A stretch of DNA of 64,000 nt from an uncultured Rhodoblastus sp. (lineage in GTDB: Bacteria; Pseudomonadota; Alphaproteobacteria; Rhizobiales; Beijerinckiaceae), in NCBI GenBank assembly GCA_964425315.1, contig CAYRNB010000002.1, forward strand, positions 2,973-66,972, in the 5' to 3' direction. This document shows, in pieces, positions 55,463 to 64,000 of this stretch. How positions within the stretch are numbered: position 1 is the stretch's first letter; every line of letters begins with the position of its first letter. The position numbers and the translations under genes are program-made. The notes under the pieces were generated by a model. The model did not search any database. It had not been told where the DNA came from and was given only the letters and a program-made list of their open reading frames with translations.

Positions 55463-56336
55463 AATGCAACCACCCTACAGCCACTCCGCCCAGCAAGAAG
55501 ACGCCAAGGAGAATTCGGTAGACAACGAATGGCCAAGCGGCAAATCTTTCCAAAATCCGCATAAGACCCCAGATCGCCACAAAGGCGGAAATAGACGCCA
55601 CGACAATGCCAACGCCGAGGATCATCCAGCCATGGGCCGATAAATGCGCTTTGTGAAGCTCGTATAGTTCTTTGACGCCAGCGCCAAATATCGCCGGCAA
55701 TCCGAGAATAAAGGAAAAACGCGCGGCTTCGTCGCGTTCCAGATCGAGAAAAAAAGCGGCGGTCAAGGTTGAGCCGGAACGCGAAACGCCGGGAATCAAC
55801 GCGCCAACTTGCGCCAATCCAACCAACATTGCGTCCTTAAGCGAGACATTATCGAGGGTTCGTTTGTGTGAACAAAATTTCTCCGCCACGGCCAAGAGGA
55901 GCCCCATGACGATGCAGGCGACGCCAATGACCGGCAGCGTCCGCAAAGGCGAGCCACAGGCGTTGAGCCATTTGGACAATAAGGTTCCGAAAATGACGAT
56001 TGGAAGCGTCGCGAGCACAATCCATGTGCTGAAACGAAACTGCCAATCGCCAAAATCGCGGCGGCGTAAAGCGTCAATTGAACCGAAAACCAGTCCTCTG
56101 ACATCGCTCCAAAAATAGGAAACGACCGCCGCGAGGGCGGCCATTTGCATTGCCGCCGAAAAGGCTGAACCCGGATCACGCCATCCCAATAATGCGGGAA
56201 CGACGCGCATATGCGCGGTCGAAGAAATGGGCATAAGTTCGGTAATGCCCTGAAGAACGCCAAGCGCCGCGACCTTTACGAAGCCTAGCGCGACAAATCC
56301 CGTATCCACTCCATGAGTGCAGGCGCCTGCCGACAT
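55461..56336 (-). CDS. uppP: Undecaprenyl-diphosphate phosphatase
   Basis: LQGITELMPISSTAH, LIPGVSRSGST and AARFSF motifs. Confidence 0.95.
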   Translation of the reverse strand: MSAGACTHGVDTGFVALGFVKVAALGVLQGITELMPISSTAHMRVVPALLGWRDPGSAFSAAMQMAALAAVVSYFWSDVRGLVFGSIDALRRRDFGDWQFRFSTWIVLATLPIVIFGTLLSKWLNACGSPLRTLPVIGVACIVMGLLLAVAEKFCSHKRTLDNVSLKDAMLVGLAQVGALIPGVSRSGSTLTAAFFLDLERDEAARFSFILGLPAIFGAGVKELYELHKAHLSAHGWMILGVGIVVASISAFVAIWGLMRILERFAAWPFVVYRILLGVFLLGGVAVGWLH

Positions 56337-56419
56337 GATTGAGCCCCGCGCGAATCAAAAAACAGCGTCTGACTGTTGTGGCAAAGGCGCCCGAGGCTTG
56401 CAATCGCAGTTCAACGAAA

Positions 56420-58402
56420 TCAGGCGTTGCAGCCACGATCCTCAACAATGCGGACGATATCGGCCATGATGGCGTTGATCTCGTAATCTTTGGGCGTATA
56501 GACCGCCGCAACCCCTTCAGACAGAAGCAGTTTTTCGTCTTCAGGCGGAATGATGCCGCCGACGACGACGGGGACATCCGACATACCTTGCACCTTCATG
56601 CGAGCCAAAACATCGCGCACCAATGGCACGTGCGAACCCGAGAGAATAGACAGACCGATGACGTGAACGCCTTCTTCCAGCGCAGTATTGACGATTTCCG
56701 CCGGGGTCAGGCGGATGCCTTCATAAACTACCTCCATGCCGGCGTCGCGAGCGCGCACCGCAATCTGTTCGGCGCCGTTGGAGTGACCGTCGAGACCCGG
56801 CTTTCCGACCAGGAATTTGACCCGCCGGCCGATTTTCCTAGAAACTCGCTCGACCTCCGAGCGCACGGGATCAAGTGACCCGCCAGCCTGTCGGGCGCTG
56901 ACCCCGACGCCAGTTGGAGCGCGAAACTCGCCGAAAACCTCGCGCAGTGTTCGGCCCCATTCACCAGTCGTGACGCCGGCTTTGGCCGCAGCGATCGACG
57001 GCTCCATAATATTGCGTTCCTCCTGAGCCGCGGCGCGCAATTCCGCCAAGGCTTTCTCGACCGCCTTTCCATTGCGTTTCGCACGCCATGACTTAAGACG
57101 CTCAATTTGCTCGTCTTCGACACGTTCGGGCACCACAAGGATAGCCCCTTCGCCCGTCGTCAAAGGCGATGGTTCGCTTTCAACGAATTTATTGACGCCG
57201 ACGACGATTTGCTCGCCCGCCTCAATGGCTTCGAGACGCCGCGAGTTCGATTCGACTAATTTCGACTTCAAATATCCGCTTTCGACCGCAGCCACAGCGC
57301 CCCCCATGGCGTCGATGGCGGCAAGCTCGGCGAGCGCCTCTTTCTTGAGCTCATTGACTTTTTTCGTCAGTTCCACGCTGCCGTCGAACAAATCCCCATA
57401 TTCGAGCAGGTCGGTCTCGTAAGCGAGGATTTGCTGCAGGCGCAGCGACCATTGCTGGTCGAACGGACGGGGGAGACCCAAAGCTTCGTTCCAGGCCGGT
57501 AATTGCACGGCGCGGGCGCGCGCCTTTTTCGATAGCACTACCGCCAAGGTCTCGATCAATATGCGATAAACGTTATTCTCCGGCTGTTGTTCGGTAAGCC
57601 CAAGCGAATTGACCTGAACGCCATAGCGGAAACGCCGGTATTTCTGGTCCGTGACGCCATAGCGATCACGGGTGAGCTCGTCCCACAATTCGGTAAAGGC
57701 GCGCACTTTGGCGAGTTCGGTGACAAATCGCATGCCGGCGTTGAGAAAAAAGGAAATCCGGCCGACAACCTCGCCGAAGTCGGCCTCCGAAACTTGGCCG
57801 GATTTTTTCACCGTATCGAGAATGGCGACGGCGGTCGCCAAAGCATAGGATAATTCCTGAACCGGCGTCGCCCCCGCCTCCTGCAAATGATAAGAGCAGA
57901 CATTCATCGGGTTCCATTTCGGAACTTCGCGGGTAGTGAATAAAATCACGTCCTTCGTCAGTCGCAACGACGGGCCGGGCGGAAACACATAAGTGCCGCG
58001 CGAAAGATATTCCTTGATAATGTCATTCTGCGTCGTTCCCTGCAGCGCCATGCGCGGCGCGCCTTGGGCGTCGGCGGCGGCTATATAGAGCGAGAGGAGC
58101 CACGGCGCCGTGGCGTTGATCGTCATAGATGTGTTCATCTGCGCGATCGGAATACCGTCGAACAAAGCTTTCATATCGCCCAGATGCGATATCGGCACGC
58201 CGACTTTGCCCACTTCGCCGCGGGAAAGGGGATGATCGGAATCATAGCCGGTCTGGGTCGGCAAATCGAAGGCGATTGAGAGCCCTGTCTGACCCTTCGC
58301 GAGATTGCTGCGATATAGTTTGTTGGATTCCGTCGCGGTTGAATGGCCCGCATAGGTGCGGAAAATCCAGGGCTTATCGCGTTGGGAAGCTGTCTTCGTC
58401 AT
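56420..58402 (-). CDS. ecm: Ethylmalonyl-CoA mutase (MeaA), B12-dependent
   Basis: KPWIFRTYAGHS, LSIAFDLPTQTGYD, QVNSLGLTEQQPENN and B12-binding KPGLDGHSNG motifs. Divergent from ccr. Confidence 0.94.
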   Translation of the reverse strand: MTKTASQRDKPWIFRTYAGHSTATESNKLYRSNLAKGQTGLSIAFDLPTQTGYDSDHPLSRGEVGKVGVPISHLGDMKALFDGIPIAQMNTSMTINATAPWLLSLYIAAADAQGAPRMALQGTTQNDIIKEYLSRGTYVFPPGPSLRLTKDVILFTTREVPKWNPMNVCSYHLQEAGATPVQELSYALATAVAILDTVKKSGQVSEADFGEVVGRISFFLNAGMRFVTELAKVRAFTELWDELTRDRYGVTDQKYRRFRYGVQVNSLGLTEQQPENNVYRILIETLAVVLSKKARARAVQLPAWNEALGLPRPFDQQWSLRLQQILAYETDLLEYGDLFDGSVELTKKVNELKKEALAELAAIDAMGGAVAAVESGYLKSKLVESNSRRLEAIEAGEQIVVGVNKFVESEPSPLTTGEGAILVVPERVEDEQIERLKSWRAKRNGKAVEKALAELRAAAQEERNIMEPSIAAAKAGVTTGEWGRTLREVFGEFRAPTGVGVSARQAGGSLDPVRSEVERVSRKIGRRVKFLVGKPGLDGHSNGAEQIAVRARDAGMEVVYEGIRLTPAEIVNTALEEGVHVIGLSILSGSHVPLVRDVLARMKVQGMSDVPVVVGGIIPPEDEKLLLSEGVAAVYTPKDYEINAIMADIVRIVEDRGCNA

Positions 58403-58483
58403 CGGGAGCCTCACTCTTAACCAGCGCGGGGGACGGCTGAGCTTATGGTCTGCGCTTTCGCTCGACCATTGCTTTGCCTCACT

Positions 58484-58690
58484 TTGCCGCACAGCACAAT
58501 CGGCTATCAGGCGGCAGCCTCCCGGCGCAGATTAGCTGCTTGGAGCCAATAACTCTATGATTTCGCCCAGGGTTGGGCGAAGGATCGCCTGGCTGCCATG
58601 ACGGGAACAAAACAGGCGCCAACTTTAGCATGAAATAAAAAATCTCGGCGTTGCTCGCCAAGACGCAATAACATGTATATTGCCGCACAG
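58484..58690 (+). repeat. 11-bp direct repeat TTGCCGCACAG in the ecm/ccr divergent spacer
   Basis: Copies at 58484-58494 and 58680-58690, one near each gene. Confidence 0.55.
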
Positions 58691-58818
58691 AGACGTGAAA
58701 CCAACCCTTCCGCTTTCGTTTAGTCTCCCCCACGCAGTTTTTTGTGTGGCGCCGCACGAGGCGGATCAGCTATTTCACTTTTTCATGTCGCATTCTCGTT
58801 TCGGGCTATCAAGAAGCA

Positions 58819-60144
58819 ATGGTCCAGCAACGACAGGAGTCAGCGTTGAACACTCAATCGCCAGTGGCGACCGGCGCTAATGCCGGAAAGGAGCCGGTCC
58901 TGAAGGATTTGTATGATATCGGCGAGATTCCGCCCTTGGGCCATGTCCCCAAGAACATGCATGCTTGGGTCATCCGCAGGGAAAGGCACGGTCCACCGGA
59001 ATCGGCGATGCAGCTTGAAGTCGTTCCGACCTGGGAGCTGGACAGTCATGACGTCCTGGTCTTGGTCATGGCCGCCGGCGTCAACTACAATGGCGTCTGG
59101 GCTGCTCTTGGCGAGCCCATTTCCGTTCTGGACGTCCATAAGCAGCCTTTCCATATAGCCGGTTCCGACGCTGCAGGCATCGTTTGGGCCGTCGGTTCCA
59201 AGGTCAAGCGCTGGAAAGTCGGCGACGAGGTTGTCGTCCATTGTAATCAGGACGACGGCGACGATGAGGAATGCAACGGCGGCGATCCTATGTTCTCTGC
59301 GTCCCAGCGGATTTGGGGATACGAGACCCCGGATGGCTCGTTCGCGCAATTCTGCCGCGTGCAGGACCGCCAGCTGATGGTGCGTCCCAAACATCTGACG
59401 TGGGAAGAAAGCGCTTGTTACACACTGACCCTCGCCACTGCCTATCGCATGTTATTCGGTCATGAGCCGCACCGCTTGAAGCCGGGGGACAATGTGCTCG
59501 TCTGGGGCGCTTCCGGCGGCCTCGGCGTTTTTGGCGTTCAGCTCATTGCCGCGGCTGGCGCCAATGCGATTGGAATCATCTCGGACGAATCCAAGCGCGA
59601 TTATGTCCTTTCCCTGGGGGCGAAAGGCGTCATCAATCGCAAGGAATTCAAGTGCTGGGGTCAGCTTCCCAAGGTCAATTCGCCCGAATATGCGGAATGG
59701 CTCAAGGAATCCCGCAAATTTGGCAAAGCGATCTGGGATATTACCGGGAAGAAGGACGTCGACATCGTTTTCGAACACCCCGGAGAAGCGACGTTTCCCG
59801 TCTCGACCCTCGTGGTGAAGCGCGGCGGCATGGTCGTATTTTGCGCCGGCACCACCGGCTTCAACCTAACTTTCGACGCCCGCTATGTCTGGATGCGTCA
59901 AAAACGCATCCAAGGATCGCATTTCGCCCATTTAAAACAAGCGGCGGCGGCCAATAATTTCGTCGTCGACCGGCGCGTCGACCCTTGCATGTCGGAAGTT
60001 TTTCCCTGGACGAAAATTCCTCTGGCCCACACCAAAATGTGGAAAAACCAGCACGCGCCCGGAAATATGGCTGTACTCGTCAACGCCACGCAAACCGGTC
60101 TGCGCACTTTGGAGGATGTGATCGACGCAGGAAAAACCCGCTGA
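58819..60144 (+). CDS. ccr: Crotonyl-CoA carboxylase/reductase
   Basis: KDLYDIGEIPPLGHVPKNM, MAAGVNYNGVW, IWGYETPDGSFAQF and WMRQKRIQGSHFA motifs. Exact start is uncertain. Confidence 0.96.
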   Translation: MVQQRQESALNTQSPVATGANAGKEPVLKDLYDIGEIPPLGHVPKNMHAWVIRRERHGPPESAMQLEVVPTWELDSHDVLVLVMAAGVNYNGVWAALGEPISVLDVHKQPFHIAGSDAAGIVWAVGSKVKRWKVGDEVVVHCNQDDGDDEECNGGDPMFSASQRIWGYETPDGSFAQFCRVQDRQLMVRPKHLTWEESACYTLTLATAYRMLFGHEPHRLKPGDNVLVWGASGGLGVFGVQLIAAAGANAIGIISDESKRDYVLSLGAKGVINRKEFKCWGQLPKVNSPEYAEWLKESRKFGKAIWDITGKKDVDIVFEHPGEATFPVSTLVVKRGGMVVFCAGTTGFNLTFDARYVWMRQKRIQGSHFAHLKQAAAANNFVVDRRVDPCMSEVFPWTKIPLAHTKMWKNQHAPGNMAVLVNATQTGLRTLEDVIDAGKTR

Positions 60145-60172
60145 AATTCAAGGCGGCAGTTAGGCTCCAGAT

Positions 60173-60295
60173 ACGTAGCTGAATGAAGAATCGCTCGGCG
60201 AGGTTCCGATCGCGGTCCAGGTATTGGCTGAAGGTCGAAAGATTCCTTCGTTCAGAAATTGCCTTGAAGTCGGCCCGCCAGCTCCGCTAGCTAAG
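60173..60295 (-). pseudogene. Decayed IS5-family transposase C-terminal fragment
   Basis: Minus frame LS*RSWRADFKAISERRNLSTFSQYLDRDRNLAERFFIQLR aligns without gaps to the IS5 motif LAERGAWANIKPMPNR..FSPFLYRYRNLVERFFNKLK recalled from memory. It has an in-frame TAG, and no inverted repeats were found. Confidence 0.6.
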
Positions 60296-60807
60296 CGGCA
60301 GATGCAAGAGCCACAGCAACAGGAATTAAGGATCCGCCGGTAATTCGGTTCAGTCGCCGGCGGTCCTATGAGCGCGCCGCTGCAGCAGTTTGTACGACGA
60401 TCCTGGTCTCGCAAATCCCGACGCCGCGTCAGGCTAAAGCAAGCGATTTCCGCTTTGAGACGAATTGCGGCAATCGAGAGATGACGCCGTCTTGTCGCCC
60501 GCGCTTCTTGTTTGCGGTTTTCTCTTCTCACTATTTCCTGTAGAGCATGGCGCGTCCTAGACAAGGCAGCGCGGTCCGCCGCTGCGGCCAGGTCGTTGAT
60601 CCGCCAGTTCGGCGTTGATAAATTTCTCGCCTGGCGGCGACGGCCGTAAATCATATGCTTCCGCATATCCGACTTGGCGGCGCCGTAGCCGCTCGTTCAA
60701 TATCCAGCCGCCATGCTGCAACGAAAGATATCGATCCTCAGCCCAACCTCTTTCCTTTCCGGAAAGTCTGCAGCTTTTGGCGGGTGACTACCCAAATTCA
60801 GGTCTCT

Positions 60808-62628
60808 ATGAAACTTCGCAATATCGCCATCATCGCCCACGTCGACCACGGTAAGACCACGTTGGTCGATCAATTGCTTCGTCAATCCGGCGCGTTTCGT
60901 GAAAACCAGCGTGTCGCCGAGCGCGTAATGGATTCCAACGATCTCGAAAAAGAGCGCGGCATCACCATCCTTGCGAAAGCCACGTCGATCGTCTGGAAAG
61001 ACACGCGCATTAATATTGTCGATACGCCCGGCCATGCCGATTTCGGCGGAGAGGTCGAACGCATTCTGTCGATGGTCGATGGCGCCATTGTTTTGGTCGA
61101 TGCTGCGGAAGGTCCTATGCCGCAGACAAAATTTGTTGTTGGCAAGGCGCTGAAAATCGGTCTCAAACCGATCGTCGCCATCAATAAGGTCGACAAGCCC
61201 GATGCACGGCCAAGCCAGGTGATCAACGAAGTTTTCGATCTCTTCGCTGCTTTGGATGCGGATGACGAACAACTCGACTTCCCCATTCTCTACGGATCGT
61301 CAAAACAGGGATGGATGGCGGAAAGCCCGGACGTCCCGGCCAAGGACATGTCGGCCTTGTTCGATCTTGTTCTCGATCATGTCCCAGAGCCCCAGCTCGA
61401 AAGCGGCGGCTTCCGCATGCTGGGCACTTTGCTCGAATCCAATCCGTATCTCGGCCGCATCATTACCGGCCGCATTTTTTCTGGCTCGGTTAGGCCCAAC
61501 CAAACAGTAAAGGTTCTCGACCGGTCGGGCGCTGTCATTGAACAGGGACGCATTTCGAAGATTCTTGCATTTCGCGGCATTGAACGTCAGCCGATCGACG
61601 CGGCCGAGGCAGGCGACATTGTCGCTATTGCCGGTCTCGAAAAATTCAATGTCGCCGACACGCTCTGTGCGCCCGACGTCACCGAGCCCCTACAGGCCCA
61701 ACCTATCGATCCGCCAACTCTTTCGATGACTTTCCTCGTGAATGATTCACCGCTCGCCGGCACCGAAGGCGACAAAGTCACCAGCCGCGTGATCCGCGAT
61801 CGTCTCTACCGGGAAGCGGAGGGGAACGTCGCTCTCAAGATCGAAGACTCGCCGGGATCAGATTCCTACATAGTCTCGGGTCGCGGCGAGTTGCAGCTGG
61901 CGATACTGATTGAAACCATGCGCCGCGAGGGCTTCGAGCTTGGCATTTCGCGACCTCGGGTTGTCTTCCAAAAGGGTGAAGACGGATCGCGGCTCGAACC
62001 GATCGAAGAGGTTATGATCGACGTCGATGAAGAATATTCTGGCGTCGTCGTCCAAAAAATGTCCGAGCGAAAGGCGGAAATGATGGAGATGCGACCATCC
62101 GGCGGCAACCGCCTCCGTCTCGTCTTCCACGCGCCAACGCGCGGCCTTATCGGCTATCAAGGAGAATTGCTTACCGATACGCGCGGCACGGCGATCTTGA
62201 ACCGCGTATTCCACAATTATGCGCCTTACAAAGGCGACATTGCGCGCCGACGCAACGGGGTCTTAATCTCCACTGACGCCGGCGAAGCGGTGGCTTACGC
62301 CATGTGGAACCTCGAAGATCGCGGTCCGATGATGATCGAACCGGGATGGAAGGTTTACCCCGGCATGATCGTTGGCCAACACACGCGCGAAAATGACCTG
62401 GAAGTCAATGTGCTTAAAGGCAAGAAGTTGACCAACGTTCGCGCCGCAGGCAAGGATGAGGCCGTCAAACTGACGCCGCCGATCCGCATGACGCTGGAAA
62501 AATCGCTTGCCTTTATTGAGGACGACGAACTCGTTGAAGTCACGCCTAAATCGATACGGTTGCGCAAAGCCATTCTTGACCCGAACGATCGAAAGCGCGC
62601 GGAGAGGGCCAGAGAACAGGTTGCCTAG
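60808..62628 (+). CDS. typA: Translational GTPase TypA/BipA
   Basis: [30 protein letters not shown] and [10 protein letters not shown] motifs. Confidence 0.98.
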   Translation: MKLRNIAIIAHVDHGKTTLVDQLLRQSGAFRENQRVAERVMDSNDLEKERGITILAKATSIVWKDTRINIVDTPGHADFGGEVERILSMVDGAIVLVDAAEGPMPQTKFVVGKALKIGLKPIVAINKVDKPDARPSQVINEVFDLFAALDADDEQLDFPILYGSSKQGWMAESPDVPAKDMSALFDLVLDHVPEPQLESGGFRMLGTLLESNPYLGRIITGRIFSGSVRPNQTVKVLDRSGAVIEQGRISKILAFRGIERQPIDAAEAGDIVAIAGLEKFNVADTLCAPDVTEPLQAQPIDPPTLSMTFLVNDSPLAGTEGDKVTSRVIRDRLYREAEGNVALKIEDSPGSDSYIVSGRGELQLAILIETMRREGFELGISRPRVVFQKGEDGSRLEPIEEVMIDVDEEYSGVVVQKMSERKAEMMEMRPSGGNRLRLVFHAPTRGLIGYQGELLTDTRGTAILNRVFHNYAPYKGDIARRRNGVLISTDAGEAVAYAMWNLEDRGPMMIEPGWKVYPGMIVGQHTRENDLEVNVLKGKKLTNVRAAGKDEAVKLTPPIRMTLEKSLAFIEDDELVEVTPKSIRLRKAILDPNDRKRAERAREQVA

Positions 62629-62710
62629 ACTCCGATCTCTATCATTTCGGCCCGATTTGAGGTTCTGTCTACCTGGCCAGCACGACGGAATTACGGAGTT
62701 TTACGCCTAG

Positions 62711-64000
62711 ATGGAACGGACGCTCGATCGATTTGAAATTGGCCAAGACGCCCGACGATTAAGGATAGATACTCTATCTAGGTTACGGTGGTTAGCATTA
62801 TTAGGACAGTTACTTACGGTACTTATCACCGTATTTATTCTACGGTTTTCTCTACCACTAGAAATTTGTTTTTTTGTTATAGGTATTTCAGCGTTATTGA
62901 ATTTTATTATTCAGTTACGAGCACCGAAGAGTTTGCGTTTGACGGATAAGCAAGCGACGGCCCTGTTAGCTTTCGATGTTTTACAACTTGCTGCGTTGCT
63001 TTATTTTACAGGAGGACTCGAAAATCCTTTTGCCATGTTATTTCTTGCACCGGTGACTATCGCGGCAATGTCCCTTCCTATACCACAAATCCTATTAATT
63101 GGCGTTCTGGCGGCGCTTGCAGCCAGCATCCTTGGCGTCGAACATTGGCCATTGCCTTGGTATCATGGGCAAACCGTCAGCCTTCCTCTGCTTTACAGAT
63201 TTGGATTATGGACGGCGATTCTCGTCGCGAGCGCTTTTATTGGGGCTTATGCCTCGCGAGTGGCCCGCGAAGCGCGCGCCTTAAGCCAGGCATTGACTGC
63301 GACGGAATTGGCTTTGGAAAGGGAGAATCACCTTTCGCAGCTCGATGGACTTGCCGCCGCGGCGGCGCACGAGCTTGGAACGCCGCTCGCCACGATCGCG
63401 CTTGTGACGCGCGAGTTGAGCAACGCCGATTTTTCTCCCGAATTTTCAGAGGACCTGACTTTGCTGACTCAGGAGGTCAAACGTTGCCGGGCCATTCTCG
63501 GGCGATTAACGTCGCTTGCAACTGAAGACCAGCAGCCTTTCGGACGAAGTAAACTTAGTGTTTTGCTGGAACAGATTGTCGAGCCCCACAGGCAGCCGTC
63601 TGTGGAAATCCGAATCGATGCAAAAGGCGAAGGCGCCGAACCTCTTCTGACGCAAAACCCTGCGATCATCTACGGCCTTGGCAATTTCATCGAAAATGCC
63701 GTTGATTTTGCTAAAACTTCGACGATCATTGAAGCTCTGTGGTCGGTGGATTCTGTTCGGATCGTCATCCTCGACGATGGTCCAGGCTTTTCGATTGAAG
63801 TCGCGAACAGGATTGGCGATCCTTATGTCACCAGCCGCGCCGACCGTCGCATGAAACGCGACAAACATTCGGGCCTGGGGCTCGGCGTGTTCATTGCTAA
63901 GACTTTGCTGGAACGAACAGGAGCTCATATCAAATTTTCAAACCGTGAAATTGGCGGGGCAAAGATACAGCTAGACTGGGAGCGCCGTCTGTTCGAAAGC
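62711..64000 (+). CDS. regB: RegB/PrrB/ActS redox sensor histidine kinase (3'-truncated; missing from ORF track)
   Basis: Manual translation is open from ATG 62711 to the window end: RRLRIDTLSRLRWLA, quinone-binding GGLENPF, H-box AAHELGTPL, redox Cys VKRCRAIL, N-box GNFIENA, DDGPG and GLGLGVFI. Confidence 0.96.
   Translation, partial: MERTLDRFEIGQDARRLRIDTLSRLRWLALLGQLLTVLITVFILRFSLPLEICFFVIGISALLNFIIQLRAPKSLRLTDKQATALLAFDVLQLAALLYFTGGLENPFAMLFLAPVTIAAMSLPIPQILLIGVLAALAASILGVEHWPLPWYHGQTVSLPLLYRFGLWTAILVASAFIGAYASRVAREARALSQALTATELALERENHLSQLDGLAAAAAHELGTPLATIALVTRELSNADFSPEFSEDLTLLTQEVKRCRAILGRLTSLATEDQQPFGRSKLSVLLEQIVEPHRQPSVEIRIDAKGEGAEPLLTQNPAIIYGLGNFIENAVDFAKTSTIIEALWSVDSVRIVILDDGPGFSIEVANRIGDPYVTSRADRRMKRDKHSGLGLGVFIAKTLLERTGAHIKFSNREIGGAKIQLDWERRLFES

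Noticed and set aside
58693-58701. ACGTGAAAC as a parS site
   Set aside because: Only one half of the GTTTCACGTGAAAC palindrome is present.
60160-60666. 168-aa minus-strand ORF with a Cys cluster in the ccr-typA gap
   Set aside because: No recognisable domain or RBS. A different frame of the same DNA matches a decayed IS5 transposase better.
62630-63100. Calling the AT-rich regB patch oriC
   Set aside because: I found no TTATCCACA/TGATCCACA DnaA boxes with one mismatch or fewer, and no CtrA TTAA-N7-TTAA box. It is left as an alternative hypothesis only.

Overview
A GC-rich alphaproteobacterial chromosome segment, almost certainly Hyphomicrobiales (Rhizobiales). It carries ethylmalonyl-CoA pathway genes, so a Methylocystaceae/Rhodoblastus-like organism is plausible, but that is inference. 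About 90% is core housekeeping: purQL, bolA-grxD, tlpA/argH-lysA, pduO-etfBA-hbd, tRNA-Ala(GGC), mcd, mepA, hrcA, rpsT, cysK-dut-coaBC-ubiB-ubiE, mutM, trmB-metK, lnt-corC-ybeY-phoH-miaB, rimI-tsaB-nifU-trpS, hslUV, hisBHAFE-coaA, htpG-prmC, clpB, uppP, ecm/ccr, typA and regB. regB is absent from the ORF track because it runs off the window end. I found no CRISPR array, prophage, integrase or intact transposase. Two things stand out. (1) A ~1 kb cassette at 13580-14589 holds a promoter, a multi-stem RNA candidate with mutually exclusive helices, a 58-aa ORF and a translationally coupled HNH nuclease, bounded by an 8-bp direct repeat. (2) The 5' part of regB encodes a normal RegB sensor but its DNA is recoded to ~34% GC, with 11 TTA codons in codons 17-110 and four TACGGT hexamers in 63 bp that fall in different reading frames, suggesting a second function inside the CDS. 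Secondary observations include an orphan Rrf2-like operator before cysK, several broken conserved syntenies (no dnaA after rpsT, htpG in place of prfA, no fur after rimI), structured leaders (etfB, metK, DUF4167), a hairpin cluster before htpG and a decayed IS5 fragment. All counts and folds were done by eye, and no database searches were run.
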